From: Malacoraja senta
Lineage: Eukaryota
NCBI GenBank assembly: GCA_038087875.1
Contig: CM075977.1
Coordinates: forward strand, 17,794,001-17,858,000
Direction of reading: 5' to 3'
DNA: 64,000 nt
Within the stretch, counting starts at the first letter, position 1; every line of letters starts with the position of its first letter. The notes below the pieces were generated by a model. It searched no databases, was not told the DNA's origin, and saw only the letters and a list, made by a program, of their open reading frames with translations. Shown in pieces: positions 37,679-51,289 of the stretch. The position numbers were made by a program, and so were the translations under genes.

Positions 37679-38028
37679 TTGCATGATGCATGTTGTTTAT
37701 TATGAGGTTCACAGGTATAGATGGACTTAATTTTAGATGTGAATTATCCAGCATGATCTTTGTACTATAAACATATATTATAAGTGGAATAACATGCCAA
37801 GGATTGCATAAGAAAATCATGTTTTTTTTATATCAACGGGTCAAAGCAAAGGTTGTCACTTTGTTGACAGAAGATAAAAGATGATTATCAATAACTAACC
37901 CAAATCCTGGTAAAAATCATAGTTTAGATGGGTAAGATATCTCTCCTTAACTGGAAAACATAACTAGTAGGAGTTACAATATTCACACCACAGCACACAA
38001 ATTCTACTTGGTCACAGACAAGACAAAC

Positions 38029-38076
38029 CTTCCTCCACCTCTGACCAACGTTCCTGAGTATTTTCATTGTCTTCTT
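38029..38076 (-). CDS. RIMS2: Candidate RIMS2 microexon, 48 nt, (E)EDNENTQERWSEVEE(G)
   Basis: ttttgttggcattatgcag|AA GAA GAC AAT...GAG GAA G|gtttgt. Phase 1-1, open frame, GAA-rich. Confidence 0.55.
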
Positions 38077-39514
38077 CTGCATAATGCCAACAAAATTCAA
38101 ATTCAGTATGCAAAACTTAGGTAAGATAATTTTCTGTCTGACCAATAAAAACAAGCTCTGAAGAAAGACAAACCAGTGGGTCACACCAAAGTCAAACTGA
38201 AAATGTCATTAAGAGGGCATGGGTAGATATATATTCCACCAAGTTAATACGTGTCTACTAACTGTTTAAAAAAAATCAATTCTACACCTGCAACATTTTG
38301 AATTATCAAGGGAAAAAGCTTGCACTGCTTTATTTGTCTGATTATAAATGCAAGTTAAATTGGGTCCAATAATTATGATCTTAAAATTAAATAGGGATTA
38401 TGTTGGTCTCCCTCCTTCAGTTCTGGTAAAGACAGTGATATTATCAGCCTTCCAGGCTGTTTCATGGCAGAGGGCTGTGCTCAACTCATGGGAAAGGAAG
38501 TGCTCCGTGTATAAGTTCATAGATATATCTATATTTGAAATAGTAAAAGAATAAATATAAATATATATATATTTAATTAATTATGAATAAATTCATCAAT
38601 AAATGGAATTACATTGACCTGAATATAGAATAAATCTCATCAGACAAATGTTTGACTTCAAAATGAATTTCAGATGGAAAATATCCCGCAGTCAATCCAC
38701 ATCATATAATTCAATTCGGCTCAGGTAATTTTCACATTTATTTACAATTTAGGAGATTTCAGCCCATTTAGTACAAGCCAAAATTTGCAGCAATATTCCC
38801 ACCCAGCAAATTTTCCTGAAATCTATTCTCCCATTGTGATTCTCCTGGCAACTATCATTAGCAGGAGGAATTTGCAGTAGCCAATTTGTCTACCAACACA
38901 ATTGTCAGACATGCTGGAAACAGGGCCAGATGGACACAGTCACAGGGAGAACACACAAACTACATACAGAAATCACTCCGAGCAGATTGAATCAAGATTG
39001 TTGGAGCTAAGGCAGTAGTACTACTTGCCACTCTGTCGAAGATGTGGGCAACATTTAGGCCAGAGTGAAATGACAAGCAAAATCTGTGCCACACATGTGC
39101 CAGGTAACGTCACCTTGACATTCAGCAGCAAAACCATCACCAGCAAAGTCAGCTGCCAGCAGTTTATAGCAATGTTTAAGAGGCAATTAGACAGACACAT
39201 GAACAGGCAGGAAACAGAGGTATACAGACCATGTGCACATCCTGCCCTGCACCCTCTGACCCACCAGCATTTAACCTGGGTGAGATGTGGTTGACTGGAC
39301 GGGCTGCCTTTACACTCTAGGAGTTAGGTGGCAAGGTGCCGTGAGGTCTCAGCAGCAAGTAACGCCCCAGCCTGTAGTCTGCTGAAGCCCATCCCCAAAT
39401 AACACTGGCAACTTATGACAGAAAATTAGGGATGCAGTTCTGCCTCCTGTCAAAGCAGTTTTTAATTGTCTGCTATATTTAAAAAAAAAGATGAATTAAT
39501 GAATAATGATTAAA

Positions 39515-40060
39515 ATCTGGTCACATATATCCGAGGACACTGTGGGAAGCTAGAGAAGAAATTGCTGGCACCCTGACTGAGATATACAAATTATCACTTA
39601 ACTCGGAGAAGGAGGCATAGGACAAGTATAGGCAACTGGGATCAAGTGTATCCCTGGAGGAACTAAGAAGTAAGCTAAAAAAAGTGTAAATAGGGGCAAG
39701 AGATAACTCTGGCTGATAGCATTAAGGAAAATCCCAAGAAATGTTATTAGCAAATATTGGGGAAATGAGTAACTGGAGAGTAAGTGGGACCCCTCAGGAA
39801 TCAAAGCGGTCAAATCTGTGTGGAGTCATAGAAGATGGGCAAGGTCCTCAGTGAGTATTTCTCCTCTGTTTTTAAAATGCTGAAAAACAGGAGGATTGGG
39901 GATCTTAGTATAGTCACGAAGTGTCTTGAGAGCAGTCAGTATTACGGTCGCAGAGGTGTTGAAGGTCCTGACGCGTATGAAGATAGATAAATCTCCCGGG
40001 CCTGATCAGATATATCAGAGGACACTGGGAAGCTAGAGAGGAAATTGCAGGAGCCCTTGC
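39515..40060 (+). mobile_element. Rearranged old CR1 ORF2 fragments
   Basis: KSPGPDQIY..RTLWEAREEIAG motif occurs at about 39530 and about 40017. Confidence 0.65.
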
Positions 40061-42742
40061 TTTGGCTCGCATCATATTTAACCCATTCTATTGGCCCAAC
40101 TTTTACATGGCAATCAAGATGGTATCAGTGATACACCCATACACATGCATTTGGTCCATATCCCTTTTAACCCATCCTAACCATTTATCTATCCAAATGC
40201 CTCTCTGAATATGCCAGACATTCTACTGTGTTGCATTGTGTTTTTATATACTGTGTAATTATTTTATATATAATAAGAATCAATTGCTAATAGGCAATAT
40301 TGTGTATGCAGAATGAGCTTTGTAAATTCTAACAAGCCCTCAATGTACGTGACCTGATTATACACAATGATCCTCAGGCAGCAACTGCGATGTAAATCAT
40401 TGTGCATGCACAGTTGGAATCACTGGAATGATTCCATGATAAATGCAGTAACAAAAAAGGTGGTGTGAGCATCAGCATTGCTTAAGGTACTCATGCCTAT
40501 CTGAATTGCTGTTGGCTATTCCATGATTAAATAACCCTGTAATATTCAAATATTGTCCTAATATTATCCATCAACCAACTAAGTCCTTCTTCCTTCTTAA
40601 AGGGATATCATGATATTAGATTTATAAGCATAGAGGTGTAAAAGCAGGAAGTATAAGCAAAGAACTGCAGATGCTTGTTAATAAACAAAAGGACGCAGAG
40701 TGCTGGAATAATTCAGCAGGTCAGGCAACATCTCTGGAGAACATGGATAGGTGATGTTTTGGATCATGAAGGGTCTTGACCCAAAACATCACATGTTCTG
40801 CATCAATGCTGCCTGACCTCCTGAGTTACTCCAACACTTTGTGTCTTTAAATGTAAAATCAAATTCCTATAAATTGGCTTTACCCCATTTTTAGTTCACT
40901 AAATGGGCATTATATTTTGTCCTAACATTAAATTGGATTTCATGAAAATAAAATCAGTAAATAGCAACATTTTCCCTTTAAGAAATTGCTTTGGTGGTTA
41001 TTGACCTGTTCAAAATGGTGGAAATAGATTTGCAAGTTCACAGAGGGCATTTTCCATTGAGAGGGAGGAACACGGGTGGAGGGAAATCAGAGAATGAAGG
41101 ATGAGAACAGGATTGGGGAGAGTAATTGGGAGCATTAATGTCCTCTCTCAGACTAGAGAGGGGTGTAGTCTGTCCCCATGTTATGAATGGACCAAATGCC
41201 ATCAGCTTCACGGATCACAGATAAAGAGAGGTTTCGAGCCGAAACGTCACCCATTCCTATTCTCCAGAGATGCTGCCTGTTCCGCTGAGTTACTCCGGCA
41301 TTTTGTGTCTATCTTTGGTTTAAACCATCATCTGCAGTTCCTTCCTACACAGTTGAATCTGTCTATAGATACTGCAATCTAAATAAGTGTTGTCTGCATA
41401 TAGAAGATACGCTTTAGGGCATCAATGGATATATACAAAATAAATTACAACAGGAACCCTTTAATTCCCATTTGGCTGTGGACCTTCTGCAATGTGTACT
41501 CTATGTTTGAATATTTCTTGACATTAAAGATGGCAAGTTGAAAGCTCTTGATCCAATTTCTGTCCACAAGTCTGAAACCTGCACTGCATGCATTGATATC
41601 ATTACATTCACAAAAAATAGTATGTAAATGGCACTGCCATTATGTGAAATGGATATGTTTAGTGTAATTTCCTGTTGGGCGGTTCTTCAACAGGAAATGA
41701 GAGCAAACTGCTCTCATTGAGAGAGGGTATGTGCATAAAACGAAAACCAATTTTTTTTTTCTTATCCAATTCCAGGTCACGGGAGTTTTACCATGCAACC
41801 ATGAATATTGCTGAAATGTGTAAATTCTACAATTTTTGATTGCCAAAATGCAATTTACTATAAAAGTGTCAATCTAATGTTTAATGTTACATCTAACAGA
41901 CTTTTAAAACATTATCTGGTTCACACTTGGTAAAGAGCTATGTCTTCATCAATTTGAGTGTACAAGGGAACAATCTCTGCATCTGAAGGGATTGGCAAAA
42001 AGAACACATTGTACAGAGTCGGCAGCTTCAGCTAAATGAGTGTGGACATTCCCAGGCATCTTGCTAACATAAGCTTTGATTTTTAAATGGTAATAGATAT
42101 TTTATGGCAAAAATGTGATTTAAAATTTTATTTGATGAAACCAAGTCTACCTTCCCATTTGCATAACGGTTGCCTAGCAGTATCGTTACATATTTATTAT
42201 TCAAAGATAAACACTATACAGTATATACATAATTAGAGGCTGAAGTTATTTTCTATAATGTACTTGAAGTCCTATGTATTTGTTAGAAATCAAAATTAAC
42301 TGCTTAACGCAATCAATATCAAAAATAATAATTGAAATCATGCAACTATGCAATGCATATATTTTGGGTGTATGTGCAGTTACACATTCATACATTACAA
42401 AAAATACCTGTGAAGCTTTTCTTCTGAACAGTTTGTACTTATATTCTCTACCCATACCCTTTGTACAAAATGACTGCAATTGACACTACATGGTTTCCTG
42501 CCCATAAGATAACATTATTTGTAGCGAACTCTACTCTAAATCTAATTTTATATCAAATCTAGACAAATATTTGAAATATCTGTTATTTTTTTTTAAAGGA
42601 AATGGGAAACTAAAAATGTAATTGCTGATATTATAAAACTGGACAACTGAAACCAGAGGAAATCTATTGCAGTTGTGCTTATTTCTGCAGAAAAAGCCCA
42701 AAAGACTCCTCCACAAAAGTAACACTATTTCTGATTACAAAC

Positions 42743-42775
42743 CTTCATAAAGATCAATTCCTTCTTCTCCATTGT
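42743..42775 (-). CDS. RIMS2: Candidate RIMS2 microexon, 33 nt, (N)NGEEGIDLYE(G)
   Basis: Long pyrimidine tract ...cttttccctgttacttccttcccag|AC AAT GGA GAA GAA GGA ATT GAT CTT TAT GAA G|gtttgt. Phase 1-1, purine-rich, about 800 nt downstream of the GTLER exon. Confidence 0.65.
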
Positions 42776-43566
42776 CTGGGAAGGAAGTAACAGGGAAAAG
42801 AATCACGAATAAATAAAATAAAATGATGCAAGGAAAAAGGAATGCCAACAATAATCTTTCATAGGTAAAGCTGATTTATTTTTCTCCATAAATTTTTTTT
42901 GTTGAAATTAGGAGCTTTAAATTTGAAGTTTACATTTTGGATAATTTAAAATATTTTCATGAAAAATATTATCAGTTCCTTAAGTTCAGATTTACTCCAT
43001 TCTGTCACAGTATGAATATCAAAGAGGTATGTTACTGCAGCATTGATGAAAATTGGAATTCCCGCAAGTTTTACTAAGCAAAATAAATGCGGGTGCTCTG
43101 GTTTAATTCTGCATTATATATCGTAAAGCACTAGAATAATTTAGATGAGATAGATTTCCGCTAAATTTGAACTGTGCATCAATATGGAGAGTTAATTTAA
43201 TTGCAGATTGTCAGTAATGTATAAGCTTTACGATCGTTACCTTACCACATATTTTATTTCTGTTGTTATTAAGAATTCTGTAGGAAAGAGAAACAGAGTT
43301 AATGTTTCAGGTCAAACCATTAACTTTGCTTCTCTCTCGATAGATACTGCCTGACTTGTTAAGAATCCCAAGAGTATCCCATTTTCTTTCTAACCATTTC
43401 ATGAATTGTTAAGATCTGCCTGTACATAACTTTCAAACAAAGTTTTAAAGTCATCAGAAATGAGCTCCAATTTTTACTGCATTTCAACATTGCCAAACCT
43501 GAAACAGGCTATGTATTTCGCACCACTTGATATAATGATAAAGTAAGTTTAATAGCTCGAACTCAC

Positions 43567-43676
43567 TTCTTTCCAGAGTCCCTTTTGGTGGAAGCTGTGG
43601 CAGCTGTCGACCCCTCCGTCCTATCATCGGTGTACTGGTTGGACTGGTTTGCACTGATCCACTACGGGGATGTGAT
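43567..43676 (-). CDS. RIMS2: RIMS2 coding exon, 110 nt, phase 2-1, containing the RQLPQLP RIM-BP SH3-binding motif
   Basis: tacgcag|A TCA CAT...GAA AGA A|gtgagt. Translates SHPRSGSVQTSPTSTPMIGRRGRQLPQLPPKGTLER versus RIM2 SHPRTGSVQTSPSSTPVAGRRGRQLPQLPPKGTLDR. Splices in frame to 46221-46400. Confidence 0.97.
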
Positions 43677-46220
43677 CTGCGTAATTTAAAAAATACAGTA
43701 ATTGCTTTATGCAAAATATGTGGGGAGGAATATCAAAATATATATATCCACCCTAGAACGTGGTATGTGTAATATAGGGATTATATGAAATATCAAGTAT
43801 CAATGAAATATCAAACGACCTCACTGCATCACAGTTAAACAAAAAAGCAATGTATGAGAAATGTTTCTACTATGCACAAGACTATATCCCAAACATAACA
43901 CATCAGTAAACTCATAGCATGTGAAACAAAACAAAAAAATGTCAGTATCGGTAAAGCATAGATTTCTATAATCTATTTCTAATTAGTTGGTAAACAGTTA
44001 ACTGGTCTATAACCCTTTCCAAGATTAAGAAAAACTTTAAATATAATAATTACAGTGCAAAGTGTATTATATTTTACAAGGAAATATTATTTTGCTCTCC
44101 TATTTTAGAATTTGTTAATCATGATTAGAAGAGCAAATGAGTAATTTTCACAAAGTTTTAGAGATTCATCACTCAGAGGGTAAAATATTGTTATTAATGA
44201 AATACTATAACTCTTCAAACTGAAGTAGGGATAGGATGGATATATTTCATAAGCTATGCTAATGCCTGCCTAGAAACTGGATCCACTTAGGCATAATTTG
44301 TACAGACAGTTTGCACAAAAGAGCCATTTTACACACATTTGACCATACCAGTGATCATTTCCAGTTTGGTTGGGAATCATTAGGAAATTGGACAAGGCAC
44401 TTTGGGGTGTGATTCACCTCAGTGTATCTGATGTTTGATCGGCATCACACATCACTTTTAATGGTAAACAAATAAAACTGTAGATGCTGCAATCTAGAAC
44501 AATACCAAGAAAAGCTGGAAGAACTCAGGCAATTAGGCTGCATCTGTAGAAAGAGAAACCAGTCCACATCTCGGTTCTGAGAGTCATCGACTTAAAATGT
44601 TGACTGGCTTGTCTTTTTCACATTTGCTACCTGACTGGCTGAGTTTTTCCAGTACTTTTGTTATTGTTTTCCATTGTTAATGATGTTGTCTGATATGCAA
44701 CAAACATTTCTGAAATTACAAACAAAATTGACTGGTAAAGCAGTGATCTACAATATGCAATTTTCAATTATAGTAATACAAGGAACAAAGCCACTGAGAT
44801 GTGAGGTATAAAGCTTCCATTGGGACATTGATGTTTTTGCCACTACATCTGCCAAACTCATTATTCTTTGCTTCACAACCATCACTGACAAAGATTGCAG
44901 CATCTCCATAGTATGCAGAGTTGTGGAAGAGGCCCCTTGCTGAACCTGTTACTCATGGTGGTTTGGGACACCACTGTACTGCATGACAAAAGTACAGACA
45001 CACAGGAGGGTGCCATGTTTCTCCCAACCATTATCTTTTCCCTGAGCTCCATGGCAGCCTTTGTGTTGTTGTACTGTGTGCTGTACTGTAGCCATGGAAA
45101 ATCGCTTTTTAAATTTCAATTCACTTCCTAGCAGTCTGGATGGCAATTAATGAGCTTAGCAAACACTTACTACCTCGATACATGCAGTTAAAGTTTATAT
45201 ACTTTAGGGAAATCAAAATATCAAAATGAAATTTTAATCTTTTCTTTTTCCCCATTTTTCATGAGTTTGTCAATCAGATGCTAGTGTTCCATTCAGCACT
45301 CACTTAATACACCAAATAGGGTGAACCCCAATAAAGATTTATTTTACTGAGTACTGTACTTTATTTGACCTGAAAATCATGGTTTATAATTCATCAAACA
45401 TCAAAACAAGGTGGCAGCTTTCTTATGTCACAAAGTGCAATAGACCCATTGCATGCAGGGATAAATGAGCATATTCAATAAAGGAAAATTAATAAATTCT
45501 ACAAAGAATGTTTGAGGAAATGCAGGAAAGGTCCAAATGTTGACATAGGAAAGGTACATTTTCAGAATTGTTAACAGAAAGGTTTAATGTCTTTCTTTAA
45601 AGTTACTATATTTGTATTAATTAGTAAATAAGCATGCAAAACTGAAAACCTGCACGTGTATCGTTGGATTGTATCATCTTTGATTGTTTAGAATCCAATT
45701 CTCTTTCTAATATAAGAAATGCTAGATGTAGATATATTAATGGATTTTTTCTCTTGCCAGCTAGGAAATATGCCTGGTCTATTTTCTTAATGATTGCTAC
45801 ACATTATGATTGAAAGATGCAATAACATGATCAACATATAGAATAGCATTGCCACAACAATGTTATTTGATCCGCAGATGACAAGTAGATTAAAGATTGC
45901 ATCTTATTCTTTTTAATGATCTTTGAGCTGTAAGAGAAAACCAAGATAATTACCAAATGCTTAAAGAGGCAGAATTTCCAGGTCTCTTAACATAACAGAT
46001 GCTCTTAAAGAATGTTGAAAAACAAAATACATGATGTCCACACCATTATATCCTTGTAAGGATATAAGTGCTGTGTTTATTGCTACAGGGAGGAGAGGAT
46101 TGGGGGCTTCTAGTGGCTATTCTAGATGAAAGGGGATACCACTCAGCTACAAGAAAAATAAAGGGTGAGTTTGCATGGGGGTAAGGTGATTAGTCCAGTA
46201 GTTTGATGTATCTCTTTCAC

Positions 46221-46400
46221 CTCGTTAGTGCAGGTGAAGGAGGGGCAGATCTTCCCGATGTTAATGATGGCATCGATCTCATGACGTTTGTTTCGGCACG
46301 TTCAGAGGATCTGGAGCGGGAGTTCATCCGCTCAAGCACAGGCTGTTGCTCTGTTGATCTGGATCTTTGATATTCCTGTCTATCGGATGGCTCGCGATTC
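46221..46400 (-). CDS. RIMS2: RIMS2 coding exon, 180 nt, phase 2-2 (splice site B region)
   Basis: ttacag|G AAT CGC...CTA ACG AG|gtgaaa. Translates (R)NREPSDRQEYQRSRSTEQQPVLERMNSRSRSSERAETNVMRSMPSLTSGRSAPPSPALT(R), matching mammalian RIM2 RDCEAADRQPYHRSRSTEQRPLLERTTTRSRSTERPDTNLMRSMPSLMTGRSAPPSPALSR as recalled. Not in the ORF track in this frame. Confidence 0.96.
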
Positions 46401-48667
46401 CTGTAATGTCAGTCAAAAAGCCACTCAGTTGAACTTTAACCTTTCAAAAGCAAATGTTTATGACACGATTGTGAACTTCTGGCTTTTATCCAAAGTCTGA
46501 ATTATTTAACAGGTGGTTGTCTATGTACAAAGCTGTGATAGAGACTCAAACCAGTAGTATGTTGGATGTGTCACCAATACTAGTAAATGCAGTCATCAAG
46601 TCTCTGAAATTGCAGATGCTATTCTGAAAGATAAATCCTTCAATCAATGAAAATGCTGAATTTCCTAAAAATGTTTTAAAGTTTTTCATGGTTAATATGG
46701 AATCTTTTTTGAGAACATAGATTGGCCAGAAGATAATAGCTGTGATGGAAAGAAAATGAGTCAAGCCAAGTTGATTAGTATCTCATTACAAAATGTTTGA
46801 GTGCTCCAAAAACACAGTGTAGTCCAAATGCTGATTTAATTCAACACAAAACACTATTATATGGTTTAGACAGTAAATACAACATTTACAGTAATCATGA
46901 ATATTAATCTTATACATTCAATGAGCGCTTTATACAATTTAACTCAACTTGGAAGATAGCCTTCAGAGTACAGTTCCACACCTGTGCAATGGATTTTCTA
47001 AACACCAAATGGTGCAAATGAATTGTTACCATATCATGCTCTCATACTTTCACTTTGGACACTACTTCAGGGTACATGGATTAAAATTCAGCAAAAATAG
47101 TATTTTGGATATAAAGTTACCAGTACATCATCTATATGTACCTTTGTAGCTTAACAATCCACACGCTCCATCCCATCTGCTATAATACATCTAAGATTTT
47201 AATCATTCATTTAACTATTTAAAACCATGGAGAACCAACATTTCTAGGACTGAAGCGGATATTGCTGTAGTAGCAAATGCAGCTACAGCTAGATTCCCAT
47301 CTGGAGCTGGTTTTGTTTCCTTTGTTAATATATAGAAAGTGAAGTGATAGCACTTACAGTTTCAAATGAACAGCCCGAGGAAGCAATTACAATGATGTGA
47401 CTATATCACTTTTCAGACACTTCCATTTAAGTGCAGTATGGTAATGGGACAATTCAGGGAGGTTCCAACATTTCCCTGTGTCACTATGAATAGAACCTTT
47501 TAAGTGGAAGCACTGAATCTTCAGGATAGTTGGCTACATTGTTCTCATTTTTATTGAAATGTTCAGTCTTCTGGTAATTCAATCAGAGTTGCTAATTTAT
47601 AATTTCCTTCACATATAAATTATAAAGTAACAATAAAACTTCATATGCAACATTTAAAATGCAATGGGGTCAAAATCAGTAGAGTAATAGTAACAATGTG
47701 ATTAGTGTAGAAACCTGTTCAAACATCACTTCTGATTTTTACTAGTAAGAAATTGGGGTGTGCTATAATCAACAAGGAGTGCTGTCGCTACACTTTACAA
47801 CCACCACAGAGTCAACCTGTCTTATCTAACCATGTCGCAGGGTGACGCCTGTTTGGTCGTGAGTAGTCGCCCAAAGAGTCATACATTTTTCTGGTCGCCA
47901 CTGGGTTTTCAACATTTTGAAAAAGTTCGGCGACCTGCTGCGACTATGACGGATGATGGATCACACATCTCTGTCCTCCAGTGCCTGTGGACCTCCGCTG
48001 CTGGAAGTATAGGCTTTTGGTGTGTGTGCGCTTTATCATCATTCCTTACAATGCTATGTACGACCGTGATCACAACTTCTACTGAAGTGTGGATGGCCGT
48101 TGACTCGCTAGAAGCTCATCCATCCTTTGACAGGTCTTGTTTTTAGTCCTGCTGGGGATCCACAGCTAATACTAAATACTTTAATACTAAGTTTTTTAAT
48201 CTTGGGTCTCTTTGGCTTCAAACTCCCCCGGACAGCTTTAAGTGCTCATGAGGATTATTTAAATATTTCAGTAACTTTTAAAGAAAACACTTAAATTGTC
48301 AGTGATTCACAAATCTAAAAGGCACAGGTCATTGGCCACTTAGTAATTTTTAGCTCCAAGATGCAGCATTCATAGAAATGGGTGGTGGGTGGTAAATGAA
48401 GAAGTGGAGTGGAGTTTGACAGTCAAGGGATCACTTGAAGAACAATTGGTGGAGGGAACACCATGGACTCAAAGATATCACAGAGTATTAGTTTGGTACT
48501 TGAATGTTAGGGAGTCAGAGGAGTATCAGAGGTTGTGATCTTATAGTGAAGGAATAGATAGTTAAAGATTAGATGGTCAGGATTTGGTAGATCAGCAGGA
48601 GAAAAATAGATGTAGAGCGCTTGGCCCAATGAGGTGGAGTAGCTGAAGAAAAATCAAGGAGATAGTT

Positions 48668-48970
48668 ACAAAATGCTGCGCGTCAAGCAACATCTATGGA
48701 GAAAATGGATAGGTGACATCTTGACTTGTGACCCTTCTTCAGACTGATTGTAGGGGGGAGGAACTGGAAAAGACCAGTACCGGCAACAGATGACATCAGG
48801 CAGGGTTCCTCCCCTACAATTCAGTTCCAGTTCCTCTCCCCTAAATTCAGTCTGAAGAAGGGTCTTGACCTGAAACATCACCTACTCATTTTCTCCGGAG
48901 ATGTTGCCTGACTCGTTGAGTTCCTCCAGCATTTTGAGTCTACTTTTGGTGTAAATCACCATCTGCAGTT
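48668..48970. mobile_element. Inverted Penelope pLTR pair
   Basis: CCCTTCTTCAGAC (minus) faces GTCTGAAGAAGGGTCTTGACCTGAAACATC (plus). Similar, more decayed pairs at about 40660-40850, 43275-43380, 44475-44670 and 62390-62510. Confidence 0.75.
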
Positions 48971-51289
48971 TATTTGTATTAAATACAATATGGGACTAAA
49001 TTACAGGGTCCCAATCTGGTGTGGGGTATTAATACATAATCATAACATCCAATGATGGTCAGTTGGTCTCATCTGCCCTCTAAAAGAAGCTATGAGTGGG
49101 GAGTGATATAATTCCATAAATAACTGATGCAAAAATCCTGCCAAGAAGTGCCTGATTGAATTTCCTGAGCAATGTGCAGTATCCCAAATCAGTGTTTGAG
49201 CAGACTGGATGCTCGCTTTGTGAAAAAATCTTGCATTCAGTCTGCTGGGGCAACCCTGAGCTTCCGGTTACCTGCTACTTTAATTCCCCATCTCACTTCC
49301 ACTCTGAATTATCAGCCTGTGCCTCGTGTTCAAGAATGAATTCTACAACTTCAGGTATATAACTTTTCCGATCTGTAACAGGCATCCATCTGTAATAACA
49401 GCTTAGCTTGATTTATTTTACCTTCCTTTTTTTTAATCTTTGGGACTGGAGGACATGCCCAGTTCAACCAGCTGGGCTTGTCCATCTTCTCTGCACTTTG
49501 CAACTCCCATACTCTTTTGTCTATGTTACTCTCTAATAGATTTCCAGATTTGCATTTTCAATGTTTGCCTCCAAAGTAATGTCAGTTTTCATTGTTGAAA
49601 AAATGTTGCACAATTACATTTCAGATATTTAACATTCAGGTTTTTTTTCTGAGAACGATGACCACCCTGATACCAAGATAAATCTTTCCAGGTCTCATTC
49701 TATATCTGCATCAGAATGAGTAATCAGACAACCATTCTGTTTTACTAATTTTATATACAATTGTAAAAGTATTCTGGAGGTAGAGTATATTGATTGGCAT
49801 TATAGGTGTCTGAGTCAACATAATATAAAAAGATTCTTCATTTCAATAGATATAAGAAGACCAAAGAAGTATCAGAGATAGCAACTGTTTAAATGTTAAG
49901 TAAGACAATACAACATTGCCAATGAAATACATTTCCAAAAAAAGAGCCATTTATTGATTCTTAATATTATAATAGATAACATAAAATACTAAAAGTATGA
50001 TTAATACCTTTTTTATTTTTCATCATTCTCATGGGAGATCAGACTAATATCAAAGAGGAATGACAATTCACATTCATAGCCTTTGTGTTTTTCCCCCCTC
50101 CTTTTTTAATTGCTCTCCCTCTCAAGGGTTTTAGGAAAGGAATTCTGGGCAAAATACCTTATTGAATACATAGCTGCTAATGCAGTAGTGAATAAACTTT
50201 GTGCTATTCAAGAGGTCAGAGTAGAAGAGCACAGATACCTTAGAAAGTTTCAAGATTGGAGGATGTTGCCAAGATAAGAAAGGACATAGTCATGGAGAAT
50301 TTTGAGAACAATTATTAGATTTTTAAAGTCGAATTATTTCATAACCAAAAGCCATGAGCAACACAGGAGAACCGGATAAACAAAACTTCACAATTATAGT
50401 CTAGGAAGGCAGTTGATTGGTATGTGTGAATTAACTGTTTGTCCTAGAGCAGGTCTAATAGCAAGCATATATGAAATGTTATGGTCAACAATAAGATTAA
50501 AGACTGAGGTCACAATTTCCATAACTGCTCAATGCTCTAATGCTCCAATGAAATCATGCATATGTGGAAAGAAGCTATTTTTAACCAAATAATAAGATTG
50601 GTATGCTCAGATTTTTTTTCCTAACATGCAACAGTGATGACATATTTTCGATAGGTATAGATAAAGAATAGTGGCACCCAAATGATTTGTATGATAAGAA
50701 TATGCAAAAAATTGAAATAACCAAGCAAAAAGAAAATGTAAACCAAAAGCAAGTCCAGAAAAGATTTCTTCCATATTATTATAAGCTTTTCTCTATTAAC
50801 AGCAGATTTCCTTGCCTGCAAATGGTTTGTAACTGTTAGATCATTTGAAATAAATAGTTTAAGTTTTAGAGATGCAATATGAAAACACGGCCTTTGGCCC
50901 GCTGACTCTACGCCGACCATCGATTGCCCATTCACACTAGTTCTATGTTATCCCACTTTCTCACCCACTCTCAACATATTAAGGGCTACCATTTTAGAGA
51001 TCAATTAACCTGAAAACCCGTACGTTTTTGGTAGCTGGAGATAACCCATGCCTTCACAGTGAGAACATGCAAACTCCACGAGGACAGCACCTTAGCAGGA
51101 TTGAATCCACGTCTCTGGCACTGTGAGGTAGTAGGTGCCACCCATAGATTCATACCTTTATTGCAAAAGGAACCTGAATTCTGTTGACCCATTGAACTTA
51201 TTCTGTTGTGCTGCAGCAAGAATGTCATTGTCCCGTCCGGGACATATGACAATAAAACACTCTTGACTCTTGAAAACTGTAGACCAACG

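Noticed and set aside
38143-38157. 15-nt in-frame microexon candidate (KLVFI)
   Set aside because: U-rich, intron-like body, weak donor, and only 66 nt from the next acceptor.
50008-50043. 36-nt AG..GT segment upstream of the 180-nt exon
   Set aside because: In-frame TAA in the required phase 2.
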